DNA from: Polyangiaceae bacterium
Lineage (GTDB): Bacteria > Myxococcota_A > Polyangia > Polyangiales > Polyangiaceae
Direction of reading: 5' to 3'
DNA: 64,000 nucleotides
NCBI GenBank assembly: GCA_044376115.1
Contig: JBILLK010000005.1
Coordinates: forward strand, 128,001-192,000
The position numbers were made by a program, and so were the translations under genes. The notes under the pieces were generated by a model. That model was given only the letters and a program-made list of their open reading frames with translations, was not told where the DNA came from and ran no database searches. Numbering within the stretch: position 1 is the stretch's first letter; each line of letters starts with the position of its first letter. Positions 1 to 11,000 of this stretch are shown here, piece by piece.

Positions 1-1314
1 TTCGCAGATCTCAGTCAACTCGTGGCTCACCTCCGGGTCGAGGAGATAGCTCGCTAGCATCAAGTCAAAGCACTTGCCTTGGAGGCGAAGCCCTTGTCGT
101 CCGAGAACAACGTCCATTCGCTTCAGGTCATGCCCGACTTTTGCGATTGAAGTATCTGCGATTAGCGGACCTAGAATGGACAATGCTTCTGCCTCCAGAA
201 GCTGTTTCGGACCGAGCAAACTACGATGCGCCAAAGGTACATAAACCGCGGCGTCTGCGTCGAGCGCCAGCGCGATACCACTTATGTGGCAACGCATGGC
301 GTCTTCGTCGGACGTGTGCAAAAAGATTGAGAAGAAGCCCTGTTTGCGCGCCTTTTCGGCCCAGTCGGTTAGCTCCCCACGAGACAAAAGAGGAGGGAAT
401 TTCGCCTGAACGGTGACGGGTTTGGCTTTGACCGCTCGAGGTAGCGAGGCGAGCTGTCTCGTGAAGCCGAGCTCGGTGAACAGTGCCCGTAATCGCTCCA
501 AGTCTCCGCCTTGGTAGGCTAGTGCCTTAGTGTTCAATGCTACCGGGGCGTCCTGACGTAGGGTCACGAGATCGCGTGAGATCATCGCGTCCTCGCGGTG
601 CTCGATCAGCGCCTGGCGTGTGCGAGGCTTTTTAACGTCGTCCAATCGTTCGTATATCTCACCGAGCGACGAGAACTGTGCGAGTAGGTCCGCTGCTGTT
701 TTTAGCCCGATGCTCGGTACGCCTGGAACGTTGTCGGAGCTATCGCCAACCAAGGCCAGGAGGTCTCGAAGCTGTTCTGGCTTTACGCCGAACTTATGTT
801 CGACTTCCGGCGGCCCATACACACGGTCGCGCATTGCGTCCCAAAGGATGCAACGATCGGAGCAGAGCTGCATCAGGTCCTTGTCGGCGCTTGCGATCAC
901 TACCTTCAGTCCATTTTCGAGCGCCTGCTTTGTGAGCGTTGCAATGACGTCGTCTGCCTCGAACCCATCTGCCGACAGCGCGGGGATTCGGTAAGCATCT
1001 ACGATCTCTTTGCAGCGTCGAAGCTGCAGTACGAGCTCGGCCGGGGGGGCGGGCCGATGGGCTTTGTAGCGAGGGTCTACGCTAGTCCGAAAGTTGGTTT
1101 CTCCCTCCAATGCCACGCCGAGGAACTGAGGCTTCCGCTCCCCGACCAGCTTCATGATCATGGTCAGCGTTCCGTAGGTAGCGTTGGTCGGTTCACCGGC
1201 GGCATTGGTGAGGCTCTCGATCGCATGGAAAGCCCTAAACACGTACCCGGCGAGATCGATCAAGTAGAGGGTGTCTTCGGCTCCAGGCGGAGGGAGTTCG
1301 GTAGGCCGTGCCAT
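1..1314 (-). CDS. polA: DNA polymerase I, N-terminal part (5'-3' exonuclease domain and start of the 3'-5' exo-like domain); runs off the left edge
   Basis: Manual minus-strand translation from ATG at 1314 gives MARPTELPPPGAEDTLYLIDLAGYVFRAFHAI...PTNATYG...YKAHR..., then EADDVIATL, SADKDLMQL, GDSSDNVPGVPSIGLKTA. These are the PolA 5' exonuclease motifs. It is missing from the ORF track because it has no stop inside the window. Confidence 0.95.
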   Translation of the reverse strand, partial: MARPTELPPPGAEDTLYLIDLAGYVFRAFHAIESLTNAAGEPTNATYGTLTMIMKLVGERKPQFLGVALEGETNFRTSVDPRYKAHRPAPPAELVLQLRRCKEIVDAYRIPALSADGFEADDVIATLTKQALENGLKVVIASADKDLMQLCSDRCILWDAMRDRVYGPPEVEHKFGVKPEQLRDLLALVGDSSDNVPGVPSIGLKTAADLLAQFSSLGEIYERLDDVKKPRTRQALIEHREDAMISRDLVTLRQDAPVALNTKALAYQGGDLERLRALFTELGFTRQLASLPRAVKAKPVTVQAKFPPLLSRGELTDWAEKARKQGFFSIFLHTSDEDAMRCHISGIALALDADAAVYVPLAHRSLLGPKQLLEAEALSILGPLIADTSIAKVGHDLKRMDVVLGRQGLRLQGKCFDLMLASYLLDPEVSHELTEICE

Positions 1315-1393
1315 GACTCTCCAGTAGCATCATCGCGAAGTGTCCGTGTGGGGCTTTCCTTCTGCTCGGCCACGCTCTAAGCAGCGACGGTTC

Positions 1394-3013
1394 ATGCGAA
1401 GCGTAACCGTGTTCTTTGGGACCGAGTCAGGCAATGCCCAGGCGTTAGCGGAGCGAGCGGGCAAGTCGCTCCAAGAGCGAGGGTTTAACGCCGACGTTGT
1501 AGACATGCAGGACGTCTCGACAGACTCGTTGGGCGAGTTGCGTTGGCTGCTAGTCGTGACGAGTACCTACGGAAATGGCGATCCCCCGTCGAATGCTGAG
1601 GCGTTGCACTCCTTCCTGATGAAGAAGGCAGGGCCGCTGCCTGACCTCAAATTCTCCGTTTGTGCGTTAGGAGACACGACTTACGATCGCTTTGCTCAAT
1701 GCGGCAAGGACTTCGACCTGCGGCTTGAGCAGCTGGGAGCACAGCGAATCAGCCCGCGAGTGGATTGCGATGCTGACTATGAGGTCGCTTTCGAGCGGTG
1801 GTTTTCCGCCGTGCTCGAGCAGCTCGAGCTGCGGCTTCCGAAGGATGGGCAAGCCACGAGCACGCCCCAGCCCAGCACAGTCGCAGCGCCCGTAGAGAGC
1901 GGCGCAAGTGTTCGCGTCGAGCCTGCTGGCACGCGCAGGAACCCTGCAAGCGCGCGGGTCCTCAGCGTCCGTCCGCTCACAAAGGCGGGCTCCACACACG
2001 AGGCGCTTCACGTGGTGCTCGCGGCCGACAACCTCGGTGGATTCGGCGCTGGAGACTCGATCGGTGTCTTTCCGGAGAACGATGCCGCGCTCGTTCAACG
2101 TGTGCTTGATGCGAGTGGCGCCAGCGGCAGCAGCGTCGTGCAATGCGGAGACGAGCAGTTGTCCCTTCACGAAGCGCTTCGATCGCGATTGGAGATTCAG
2201 GCTCTCGACGTTCGGCTCGTCGACGCTGTTCGCAAACTCAACGGTGAACCCGCTTTGACCGTTGAGGAACGGCATGACTTTCTGGCGTCGCACCATGTGA
2301 TCGACGTGCTCGAGGGGGGGCAGGCAGCGCAACTTAGTCCGGAGCAGCTAGTCGCGGGGTTGCGCAGCCTTCAGCCCAGGATGTACTCGGTGGCTTCAAG
2401 TCCAAAGGTTTTTCCGAGTGAGGTGCACCTGTTAGTCGGCCTCGTTCGCTACGAGCTCTTCGGCACAGCTCGCACCGGTGTCGCCTCTCATTGGTTCTCC
2501 CAGCAGCTAGCCGAGGGCGCCAACGTTCGAGTGTTCGTTCAGCGTGCCCCAGGCTTTCGAGTTGCTCCCCGCAATGAGGACATGATCATGATTGGGCCGG
2601 GAACAGGTCTCGCCCCCTTCCGAGCTTTCCTTCAGGAGCGCGCTCGCGAGCCAGGAAGGGGCAGATCGTGGCTGTTTTTCGGTGCTCGCCACCGTGCGAC
2701 AGACTTCTACTATGAGGAGGAGTGGGCGCACATGCTGGAGTCGAAAGCGCTCACCAAGCTCGACACGGCGTTCTCTCGTGATCAGACGGAGAAAGTTTAC
2801 GTCCAGCATCGGATGACGGAAAACGAAGCGGAGCTACTCGAATGGCTAAGGGATGGCGCCTTTGTTTACGTCTGCGGCGATGCGAAGCGGATGGCCCCTG
2901 ACGTTCACCTAGCCCTGCTGAAGATCCTCTCCAAAGATCAATCAGAGGACGATGCGAAGGTCGAACTCAGTCGCATGGAGCGCGAGGGGCGCTATCTACG
3001 CGACGTGTATTAG
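1394..3013 (+). CDS. Diflavin (FMN/FAD/NADPH) oxidoreductase, sulfite reductase flavoprotein (CysJ)-like
   Basis: Flavodoxin motifs FGTESGNA, TSTYGNGDPP and ALGDTTY; FAD motif RMYSVAS; NADPH motifs GPGTGLAPFR, KVYVQ and YVCGDA; C-terminal RYLRDVY. ATG 1394 is preferred over the track start at 1340. Confidence 0.88.
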   Translation: MRSVTVFFGTESGNAQALAERAGKSLQERGFNADVVDMQDVSTDSLGELRWLLVVTSTYGNGDPPSNAEALHSFLMKKAGPLPDLKFSVCALGDTTYDRFAQCGKDFDLRLEQLGAQRISPRVDCDADYEVAFERWFSAVLEQLELRLPKDGQATSTPQPSTVAAPVESGASVRVEPAGTRRNPASARVLSVRPLTKAGSTHEALHVVLAADNLGGFGAGDSIGVFPENDAALVQRVLDASGASGSSVVQCGDEQLSLHEALRSRLEIQALDVRLVDAVRKLNGEPALTVEERHDFLASHHVIDVLEGGQAAQLSPEQLVAGLRSLQPRMYSVASSPKVFPSEVHLLVGLVRYELFGTARTGVASHWFSQQLAEGANVRVFVQRAPGFRVAPRNEDMIMIGPGTGLAPFRAFLQERAREPGRGRSWLFFGARHRATDFYYEEEWAHMLESKALTKLDTAFSRDQTEKVYVQHRMTENEAELLEWLRDGAFVYVCGDAKRMAPDVHLALLKILSKDQSEDDAKVELSRMEREGRYLRDVY

Positions 3014-3104
3014 CCAGCTTTCGGGCTGATTCGAGGCGCTAGTGCAACATAGCGTCTCCTCCTTGGTGTTTGCAGTTCGACTGGGCTGCGTCCACTATCC
3101 TCCT

Positions 3105-4013
3105 GTGTCGATTTCACGGAGGGCCACCCTAATGGCGAGTCTTGCAGGAGTTGCGTCAGGCATCGGTTCGGGTTGCGATCTTCCAGCGCAGAACAGTGAC
3201 GGTCGCGTTGCTAAGTCGAAACGCATGCCAGCTGTTTACGTGCCGCATGGTGGCGGTCCCTGGCCTTTTGCAGAGCTTGGTTTCGACAAGTCAGAGCTGG
3301 CCGCGTTAGCAAGCTATCTTCGAGGATTGTCCAGCGTGACCCCGACGCGCCCGACCGCGCTGCTCGTCGTCTCGGCTCACTGGGAGGAGGCGGTTCCAAC
3401 CGTAATGACCTCTCCTTCGCCACCGATGCTCTACGACTACTATGGGTTTCCACCGGAAACATACGCCGTGCAATGGCCAGCTCCAGGGAGTCCCAGCTTG
3501 GCCGCGCGCGTGAGGAGTTTGCTTGAGAGTGCCGGTTTTACAACCGCGGAGGACGCTAGCAGAGGGTTTGACCACGGGACTTTCGTCCCGCTCGCTCTCA
3601 CGTATCCAGACGCTGATGTTCCAACAATTCAGTTGTCACTAAAGGCTGGACTGGCGCCGGCAGAGCACATCGCGATTGGTCGCGCGCTTGCTCCCCTTCG
3701 TGACGAAGGCGTGTTCATCATCGGCAGCGGAATGTCGTTTCACAATATGCGAGGCTTCCGGGATCCTTCGTTACGCAGCTCTGCGTCGACCTTCGACGAG
3801 TGGCTTTCCAAAGCTGTTCTCGCACAGCCTGAAGTACGAGCCACGCAGCTCAATGAATGGGTGAGGGCTCCTCAGGCTCGCCTGTGTCATCCCCGTGAAG
3901 AGCACCTTTTGCCACTGATGGTCATTGTCGGAGCTGCTGCGGAAGACGATGGGGTGCTCGCGTTCCAGGGCGCGGTTGGACGAATGCCCGTGTCTGGCTA
4001 CCAGTTCGGTTAG
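3105..4013 (+). CDS. DODA/YgiD-type class III extradiol ring-cleavage dioxygenase (LigB family), possible Tat/lipoprotein leader
   Basis: Motifs HGGGP, SAHW, YDYYGFP, GFDHG, GSGMSFHN and HPREEH. GTG 3105 gives VSISRRATL...GSGC. An alternative start is ATG 3225 (MPAVY). Confidence 0.9.
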   Translation: MSISRRATLMASLAGVASGIGSGCDLPAQNSDGRVAKSKRMPAVYVPHGGGPWPFAELGFDKSELAALASYLRGLSSVTPTRPTALLVVSAHWEEAVPTVMTSPSPPMLYDYYGFPPETYAVQWPAPGSPSLAARVRSLLESAGFTTAEDASRGFDHGTFVPLALTYPDADVPTIQLSLKAGLAPAEHIAIGRALAPLRDEGVFIIGSGMSFHNMRGFRDPSLRSSASTFDEWLSKAVLAQPEVRATQLNEWVRAPQARLCHPREEHLLPLMVIVGAAAEDDGVLAFQGAVGRMPVSGYQFG

Positions 4014-4070
4014 GCTCTGCTGATGGCCAGCGGTAGGTTCTGTAGCGAGACTTTGGGCTAGCGAGTCATA

Positions 4071-4916
4071 ATGATCTCGTCTTGGGATGATCTTCGGCAC
4101 CTTGAGGCGTTCGAGCGCTTGGGCTCTGCGAGCGCTGCTGGGCGTGAATTGTCCGTTGCGCCGTCAACGATTTATCGCCGCATTGCGTCTCTCGAGGTTT
4201 CGGTCGGTTTCACCTGCCTCGTTCGAGGTAAAGGTGTAACCCCCGCCGGGCGCGAGCTTGCAGACTTGGCGCGTTCAACGACGGTATCGCTGTCGGGCAT
4301 CGCTCGCAGAGCCAAACTCAAGCAAGAACAAGCTCACGGAGTGGTGTCGCTAACGACGATTGACGGCTTTGCGACGCTTCTCAAGGCTCCCCTCTCTGAG
4401 CTGGCTGCAAGCCATCCGCAGCTCCGGGTGGAGGTCCACATCTCGGACACCGGGCTAAGTTTGCGCAAGAATGAGGCCGAAATTGGTCTTGCGTTGCTGG
4501 AGTCGCCACCCTCGACGCTCGTTGGCAGACGACTTTTTCAGGTACAATTTGGTGTCTTTGGTACGGCTCCGCTGATCGCAGCGGCTGAGTCCGCCCGTTG
4601 GATCACCACCGGTCAGCCGCTCCAGAATTCCTGGCTCGGTGAGTGGGAGGCGCAAAACGTACCTCGCACACGGGTGGCTGTGGCTACCGCTTCGCGAAGG
4701 CTCCACGTTGACCTCGTAGCGGCTGGAGCAGGCTTGGGTCTGTTGCCGACTGCACTTGCCGCTGAACATCCGCAACTCGTCGAAGTCGCAAGCTACCGCC
4801 CGCGCACCGCCGTACTTGCGCGACAAGCTTGGGTGCTTTTTCCCCCCGAGCTGAGGCGCGACGCAAGGATCACTGCCGTCGTGAAGGTACTGGCGAGGTA
4901 CCTGTCACTAAACTAG
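4071..4916 (+). CDS. LysR-family transcriptional regulator
   Basis: N-terminal SWDDLR...GSASAAGRELSVAPSTIYRRIASLE HTH followed by a LysR substrate-binding domain. Confidence 0.92.
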   Translation: MISSWDDLRHLEAFERLGSASAAGRELSVAPSTIYRRIASLEVSVGFTCLVRGKGVTPAGRELADLARSTTVSLSGIARRAKLKQEQAHGVVSLTTIDGFATLLKAPLSELAASHPQLRVEVHISDTGLSLRKNEAEIGLALLESPPSTLVGRRLFQVQFGVFGTAPLIAAAESARWITTGQPLQNSWLGEWEAQNVPRTRVAVATASRRLHVDLVAAGAGLGLLPTALAAEHPQLVEVASYRPRTAVLARQAWVLFPPELRRDARITAVVKVLARYLSLN

Positions 4917-5006
4917 GAGTTGCGAGCGGGCGGGCTGCGCCGATCCACGCTTTTCAGCAGCGTTTCCCACTTGCTGCGGCGTGAGAGTACGGGCGATATT
5001 GACAGC

Positions 5007-7973
5007 ATGCGCCTTTCTCTGGCTTTGGGCATCGCTCCCGTTTTTCTGCTTCTTGCGGCGGAGGCACAGGCTGAGGAAACGGTTCTGCTTCAAGCCATAA
5101 GAGATGCCAGCATTTACGCCGAGTCCGGGACCCAGGCGAACGGCATGGGTGACGGCATCTTTACCGGGGAAACGAACAACACATTCGTTCGGCGCGGGAT
5201 GATCGCGTTCAACGTGGCGGGAGCAATCCCACCCGCTTCCGAAATCCTCTCGGTCCAGCTTCGTATGCAGGTAACGCGGGTCAATGGCCCTCCCCTCAAT
5301 GTTGGATTGCACCGAGTCCTCGCCAACTGGGGCGAAGGTATGTCGATGCCAAGCGACGGTAACGGAGGTCAAGGTACCGCCGCTGTGATGGGCGATACCA
5401 CGTGGCTGCACCGCTTCTACGACACCCAGACGTGGGCAACGCCAGGGGGAGATTTTTCACCTATGGTATCCGGGGTAGCGCTTGCCGGAGACATCGACAC
5501 CCTAACAACCTGGAGTACCCCAGGAATGGTGACGGATGTACAAGCTTGGCTTGATACCCCCGCACAGAACTTCGGCTGGATGTTGGTTGCACAGACAGTT
5601 GGGGCCGGCCAGGCGAGGCGCTTTGCAAGCCGAGAATTCGCCGATGCAGCGTTGCGACCAGTACTGGAGGTCACGTTCGAACCTGCGGGACCCACGGGCG
5701 CGTGTTGCGTAGCCGATGGCACCTGCACAACCGCGCTGGACCCGGGCGACGGATGTACCGGCACCTATCAGGGGACCGGCACGACTTGTGGAACAGTCTC
5801 CTGCCCCCAGCCAGCCGGTGCTTGTTGTATCGCCGATGCAGACGCTACTTGTATATCGCTGACAGCGCTGGATTGCGAAGCCCAATCGGGTACGTGGCAG
5901 GGGGCGTTTGTCGGTTGCGCAACCAATCTCTGTCCGGTCGTCCCCACTCCCTTCTTGGACCCTCTGCCGATCCCGCGCGTTGCCGACCCTATCGTTGGAA
6001 TGCCAGGCGAGCAGGCTAGTTACGACATCTCCTTCGTACAGTTCGAACAGCAGCTTCACAGCGAGCTGCCACCCACGACTGTATGGGGCTTTGATGACGG
6101 TGCAGGGCCCACCTATCCGGGGCCAACGATTGAAGCTCTCGCAAACGAGCAGGTGGACGTCAATTGGATCAACGACTTCCGAGACTCTAACGGTCAATTC
6201 CTCCAAACCCACGCCTTACCCGTGGATTTGTGCTCTCACGGAGCAATGGACGAGGCTCGGGCGGTGATGCACCTGCACGGAGCTCACGTCGCAGCTGCCT
6301 ATGATGGTCAGCCGATGCTCACGATTCTCCCGGGGGAAAGCTCGGTCTACGAGTACCCAAACAATCAGCACGGGGCCACACTCTGGTACCACGACCACTC
6401 GTTGGGGACGACGCGGCTTGGCGTTCAAATGGGATTGGCTGGCTTCTACCTGCTACGCAACCCAGGGGACGCAGCGCTCAACCTGCCCTCTGGAAACTAC
6501 GAAATCCCGATGGCGATCCAGGACCGATCGTTCAATGTCGATGGCTCTTTCCGCTATCCGGCAGCCCTCGAGGAGCACGTGGTCGGTAATACGATATTGG
6601 TTAATGGCAAGGTGTGGCCGTTCCTGAACGTCGATCGTGGCAAGTATCGATTCCGTTGGTTGAATGGTTCTGGTTCACGCGCCTATCGACTGAAGCTATC
6701 GAACGGAGCGGGATTCTCTCAGATCGGTTCGGACGGCGGTTTCCTTGCAGCGCCCGTGCCCGTTTCTGAGGTGTTGATGCTTCCCGGTGAACGAATGGAC
6801 GTCGTCATCGACTTTGCTGCGTACCCCCCGGGGACCATCATTGACCTCATCAACGACGCCCCCGCTGTCTACCCTGGCGCTATGACGATGGACGATGTCC
6901 CCAACGTTCTTCGATTCATTGTGCAACCTGCGATGGGTCACACAGCGCCGTTGCCCGCATTTCTTGAGCCTGTCGAGCTTCCGACCGAGCAAGACTCAGT
7001 CATGACGCGCACGTTCGAGATGTCCAGAATGGCAAGCCCGTGCGCAAGTGGCATGTGGACGATCAACGGACTCGGCTATGACACAATTACAGAGGAGCCT
7101 CAGCTCGGCACCTCCGAGATCTGGAGATTCGTAAATAAGTCGGGGCTCGCGCACCCGATGCACATCCACCTCGTGATGTTCAGGGTGTTGGACAGGCAAC
7201 CCTTTACCCTCGTTAACGGCCAAGTGCAGACCGTCGGGCCTGCGGTTCCACCAATCCCAACCGAGGCTGGCTACAAAGATACTGTTCGCGTGGAGCCCAA
7301 TGAGATCGTGCGCGTGGTCGCGACGTTTGAGAACTACGTCGGCAACTATGCGTACCACTGCCACATTCTCGAGCACGAGGACAACGAGATGATGCGGCAG
7401 TTCACCACGCAGACAACCTGCGGTGACGGCGCTTTGGGCATGCCTGATGAGCTATGCGATGACGGCAACTTTGACCTTCAGGACTCGTGTCCCGATGGGA
7501 TTGATGAAGGGTGTCAGCCAGCACGTTGCGGCGACGGATTTCGCTGGAACACGGATGGCGGGACTGAAGAGTGTGACGAAGGTGGCGAAACACAGTTTTG
7601 CGATGCGAACTGCACTCAAGTTTTCTGCGGCGACGGTGATCTCAACGTCTTGGCAGGGGAACAGTGCGATGACTCCAACACAGACCCGGGAGACGGTTGC
7701 TCACCCCTGTGTCAGACGGAAGCTGTGGAGTCGGGCGGTGGAGGGGCGGGCGGCGGAACGGCCGAAGGGGGAGGCGTTTCGAGCGGTGGAACTGGCGGGA
7801 CGGGGGCCGCTGGCGGAGCTGGTGGCTCAGGAGGAGGCGACATACCAGTCCCCGAAGGCTGTGCCTGCTCGACGCCCTCTCGGTCCGGGGAGGATCGAGC
7901 AAGCTTGCTGGCGTTAGCGATTGCTGTTGCGGCGTACGGCACTAGACGCCGGCTTGCTCGTCTCGCCTCCTAG
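5007..7973 (+). CDS. Secreted multicopper oxidase (CotA/bilirubin-oxidase type) with DNRLRE-like N-domain, Cys-rich repeats and MYXO-CTERM anchor
   Basis: Signal peptide from ATG 5007. Copper motifs HLHG, WYHDH, HPMHIH and HCHILEHEDNEMM. GACC repeats, CGDG...E.CDD (DUF4215-like) repeats, Gly-rich linker and a GCACS...hydrophobic...RRR tail. Confidence 0.92.
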   Translation: MRLSLALGIAPVFLLLAAEAQAEETVLLQAIRDASIYAESGTQANGMGDGIFTGETNNTFVRRGMIAFNVAGAIPPASEILSVQLRMQVTRVNGPPLNVGLHRVLANWGEGMSMPSDGNGGQGTAAVMGDTTWLHRFYDTQTWATPGGDFSPMVSGVALAGDIDTLTTWSTPGMVTDVQAWLDTPAQNFGWMLVAQTVGAGQARRFASREFADAALRPVLEVTFEPAGPTGACCVADGTCTTALDPGDGCTGTYQGTGTTCGTVSCPQPAGACCIADADATCISLTALDCEAQSGTWQGAFVGCATNLCPVVPTPFLDPLPIPRVADPIVGMPGEQASYDISFVQFEQQLHSELPPTTVWGFDDGAGPTYPGPTIEALANEQVDVNWINDFRDSNGQFLQTHALPVDLCSHGAMDEARAVMHLHGAHVAAAYDGQPMLTILPGESSVYEYPNNQHGATLWYHDHSLGTTRLGVQMGLAGFYLLRNPGDAALNLPSGNYEIPMAIQDRSFNVDGSFRYPAALEEHVVGNTILVNGKVWPFLNVDRGKYRFRWLNGSGSRAYRLKLSNGAGFSQIGSDGGFLAAPVPVSEVLMLPGERMDVVIDFAAYPPGTIIDLINDAPAVYPGAMTMDDVPNVLRFIVQPAMGHTAPLPAFLEPVELPTEQDSVMTRTFEMSRMASPCASGMWTINGLGYDTITEEPQLGTSEIWRFVNKSGLAHPMHIHLVMFRVLDRQPFTLVNGQVQTVGPAVPPIPTEAGYKDTVRVEPNEIVRVVATFENYVGNYAYHCHILEHEDNEMMRQFTTQTTCGDGALGMPDELCDDGNFDLQDSCPDGIDEGCQPARCGDGFRWNTDGGTEECDEGGETQFCDANCTQVFCGDGDLNVLAGEQCDDSNTDPGDGCSPLCQTEAVESGGGGAGGGTAEGGGVSSGGTGGTGAAGGAGGSGGGDIPVPEGCACSTPSRSGEDRASLLALAIAVAAYGTRRRLARLAS

Positions 7974-7980
7974 TGCCCCT

Positions 7981-7992
7981 CGCTTCGAAGCG
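7981..7992. terminator. Short perfect palindrome between convergent genes (possible bidirectional stem)
   Basis: CGCTTCGAAGCG lies between the stops at 7973 (+) and 8001 (-). There is no poly-U tract. Confidence 0.25.
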
Positions 7993-8000
7993 GGCGCGGC

Positions 8001-11000
8001 TTAACCTAGGAGCGTGCCCGCGAGGTCGAAGGTTCGTCGGTTCTCTTCAACTTGCTCCAGAAAGCTTCTCCGCCAATGTTCCTGGTGGATAGCACTGGCT
8101 CGCGCGAGGAGCCTTTCCTTACCCGCGAGGATAGCTTTGTAAGCAAGCTCGCGGTTTCCTGAGGCAGCGGTAACCTCCGCAAAAACAAGCCGTACGTAGG
8201 CTTCTCCTTCATCGAGTTTACCAGTTACTTCAAGCGCGCTAAGGGCGTTCGCTGCGTGGCGCAGAGCGTCTTCATGATGTCCTCGAGCGAGCAGAACCCG
8301 GGCTCGTGTAGCTCTCGCGGAAGGTTGAAGCGTGGGGACCGCTTCCAACAGCTCAACTGCGAGTTCGCTTTCTCGGTCAGCCTCCGCGAATTGACCCAAT
8401 CGGAGTAGCGCACGGGCTAGATAGTTACGCGTGTTACCCTCCATCCGCTTGTTGCCTTGTATTGCAAACTCGGCGTTCGTTCGATGAAACACTAGGAGTG
8501 CTTGCTCGAACTTTCCAAGTCGTGCGAGCGCCGCTCCAATATTCGAATCTGCAGCGCCAATCACATGGCGGAGCTGCAGCGTTACCGCAAGAGTGCGCGC
8601 ATTACCTAGGATCGCAAGGGATTCTTCATAGAGTCCGAGTTCAGCATGGGCAAAGCCAAGGTTCACCTTCTCCGATGCAACGTTGCGATAGTCCCCCGCC
8701 GCCTCGAATGCAGTTACCGACATATCGAGCTGCGTTAGGTAGTCTCCAGTATTGCCCGTGAGCAGAGCGTGTGTGGCGTGTGCGCGGTAGCCCCATGCCC
8801 ACTTTGCTGGGTCTTCCGCAAAAGGCCCGATGTGCTGCATCGCGACGCGCAAGATGGTATCGGCTGCGCCGTCTTTGCCAGCGAAGAACAAGTAGTGTGC
8901 CGCTCGCGCCGCGTCAGCGGGTAAGTCTCGAAGCGTAGTTGTCTCGAGCAACGCGCTCAACTCATCAACGAGCTCTGACTTTCCAAGGCGAATAGAGGCA
9001 AGCACAGTGTTGGCGTAGGCGATCCACCACGTTGGACTAAAAGGAACCAACAATGCTAGGGCCTCGTGTGCGCGCGCGAACAACTGCGCATTCTCGCCAA
9101 GGTGGCGATGGGCCTCCGCCAGTAGGATGCAGAGCCTTCCGCGTAAAGACCCCTCTGCGCGTAGCGAGAGTCCACGATTCGCGCGCTCAATTACGGCCCT
9201 GAGGTCGTTTGCTTCGAGTGCGACCTCCGCGGCGCGCGCGTACCAGCTTATTGCCTTCTCTCCCTGACTACTTTTTTCGCGGTGGTGGGCAACCAGCACC
9301 GCCTCTCGCGTGGAGCCATACTCTTCCAGCCAGTCCGCGGCCAAGCGATGGCCCAACCGTCGATCTTCTTCGGTGAGGCTCTCATAGGCGGCTTCCCTAA
9401 TGGTTGCAGAACGGAAGCTGAATACCGAAGCAGCGTTTGATGGGGCAGTGACAGAGAGGAGCTCCGAGCGAACCATTCGCTCGAGGTAATTCTCGACTTC
9501 ATCGGAACGGTCACCAACCAACGCCTTCACCGCGCTGAGCGAGAAGGAGTCTTCAAGGATCGAACATGCGCGGAGCACTCTGCGCGCGTCGGGGGGGAGG
9601 GCTTCGAGGCGAACCTGAACCATGCCCATTACTGTTTCTGGGAGTTTGCCGTCGCGGCCTTCGTGAAAGGCACGTACCAGCTCCTCAAGGTGGAGCGCGT
9701 TGCCCGCCGCTTCGGTAATGATGCGTTCGATTGCGTCACTATCAGCGTTTTCGAGGGCCTGCTCTATAAGTTTGCGGGCGGAAACCGGAGATAGTGGTTG
9801 AAGGGCTAGCGTCAGCAAAGCATGGTTTTGCCACAGATCCGGGAACACACTGTCGACTTCGGGTCGCGCAAGACCAATGATGAGTAGCGGGCTGTTGCGA
9901 AAGTTCTTTAGTGCACTGTCGATTAGCGCCACCGAGGCTGGATCAGAGTGGTGGATGTCGTCTATTGCCAGAACTAAGGGTCCTGCTGCGAGCTCGGCCT
10001 GCAAGAAGTCGCCGAACGCTGCTCGGATATGGTCTCCAAGCCGAATCGGATCCTCTCGTACGATCGGTAGTAGCGGGTGCGCCTCGCCATCGAACCGTAC
10101 GCCCAAGAGTTCACCTAGAAAGCTCGCAACTCGGTCGAGGTGACTAGACGTGAGGTTTCTCCCCACGCGGGCTCGAACTCTCTGCCGCATCGCCGTCTGG
10201 GATTCATTGTCCACCAGTCCAATCAAAACAGAGAGAAGGCGAGCTGCCACCCTTAGGGGTACATGCCTATCTGCAGTATGCGCACGCGCCCAAGCAACCG
10301 TTGCTCCGCTTTGGGCAACTAGCGTACTAACCATTTCACTCGCGAGGCGCGACTTGCCGACTCCCGCAGGCGCGAGGATAAGTAAAGCTTGCGAGCACTG
10401 GTGGACCGCGCTTGTGGCTAAGACGTCTGATACCCGCTCAATCTCACGCTCACGGCCCACGAACGTGGAAGCCCGACCAAGCAGCGTGCCCGCTTCTAGG
10501 AGAGTCGACTCCGCGAGTACCTGAAAGTTTCCGAGTCGAGCAGCGACGTCGAATCGCTGATCGAGTAGACCCGCCGTAACCCCATCAACCAAAACGCCGA
10601 CTTCTTCGCTCGTAGCGTCAACGGCCTGGTTCAGGGCTTGGTTTAACATCTTGACCCCCCGGTCAATCACTTCACCCACTGGGAAACCACCTGTGAGGTC
10701 CGCTCGCCCCGTCGCCAGGACAACGAGGCTGGAGGGCAATGTCCTACGGATCGCGAGCGCACAGCGGGCGGCGCGGGCGGCCTGCTCTATCGGGACTCCG
10801 GAGCCAGGCATGGTAACGACAATCGTCCCGTCAATGAGTCGTTCGGCCCATCCGCCGTGAGCCATGACGTCCGCGTAGAACAATTCGTTCTCCTGGCCGC
10901 CGGAGGGAGATACCTGGGTAACCTCAGTTGTCCGGAGGCGCTCTGCCGGAGACTCTGGAACGTTGCCTACGAACAGAACGCTGAGAAGCTTGCGCTCATG

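Noticed and set aside
141..1380. Plus-strand ORFs 141..416, 620..994, 678..935 and 796..1380
   Set aside because: They are antisense shadows of polA on the minus strand.
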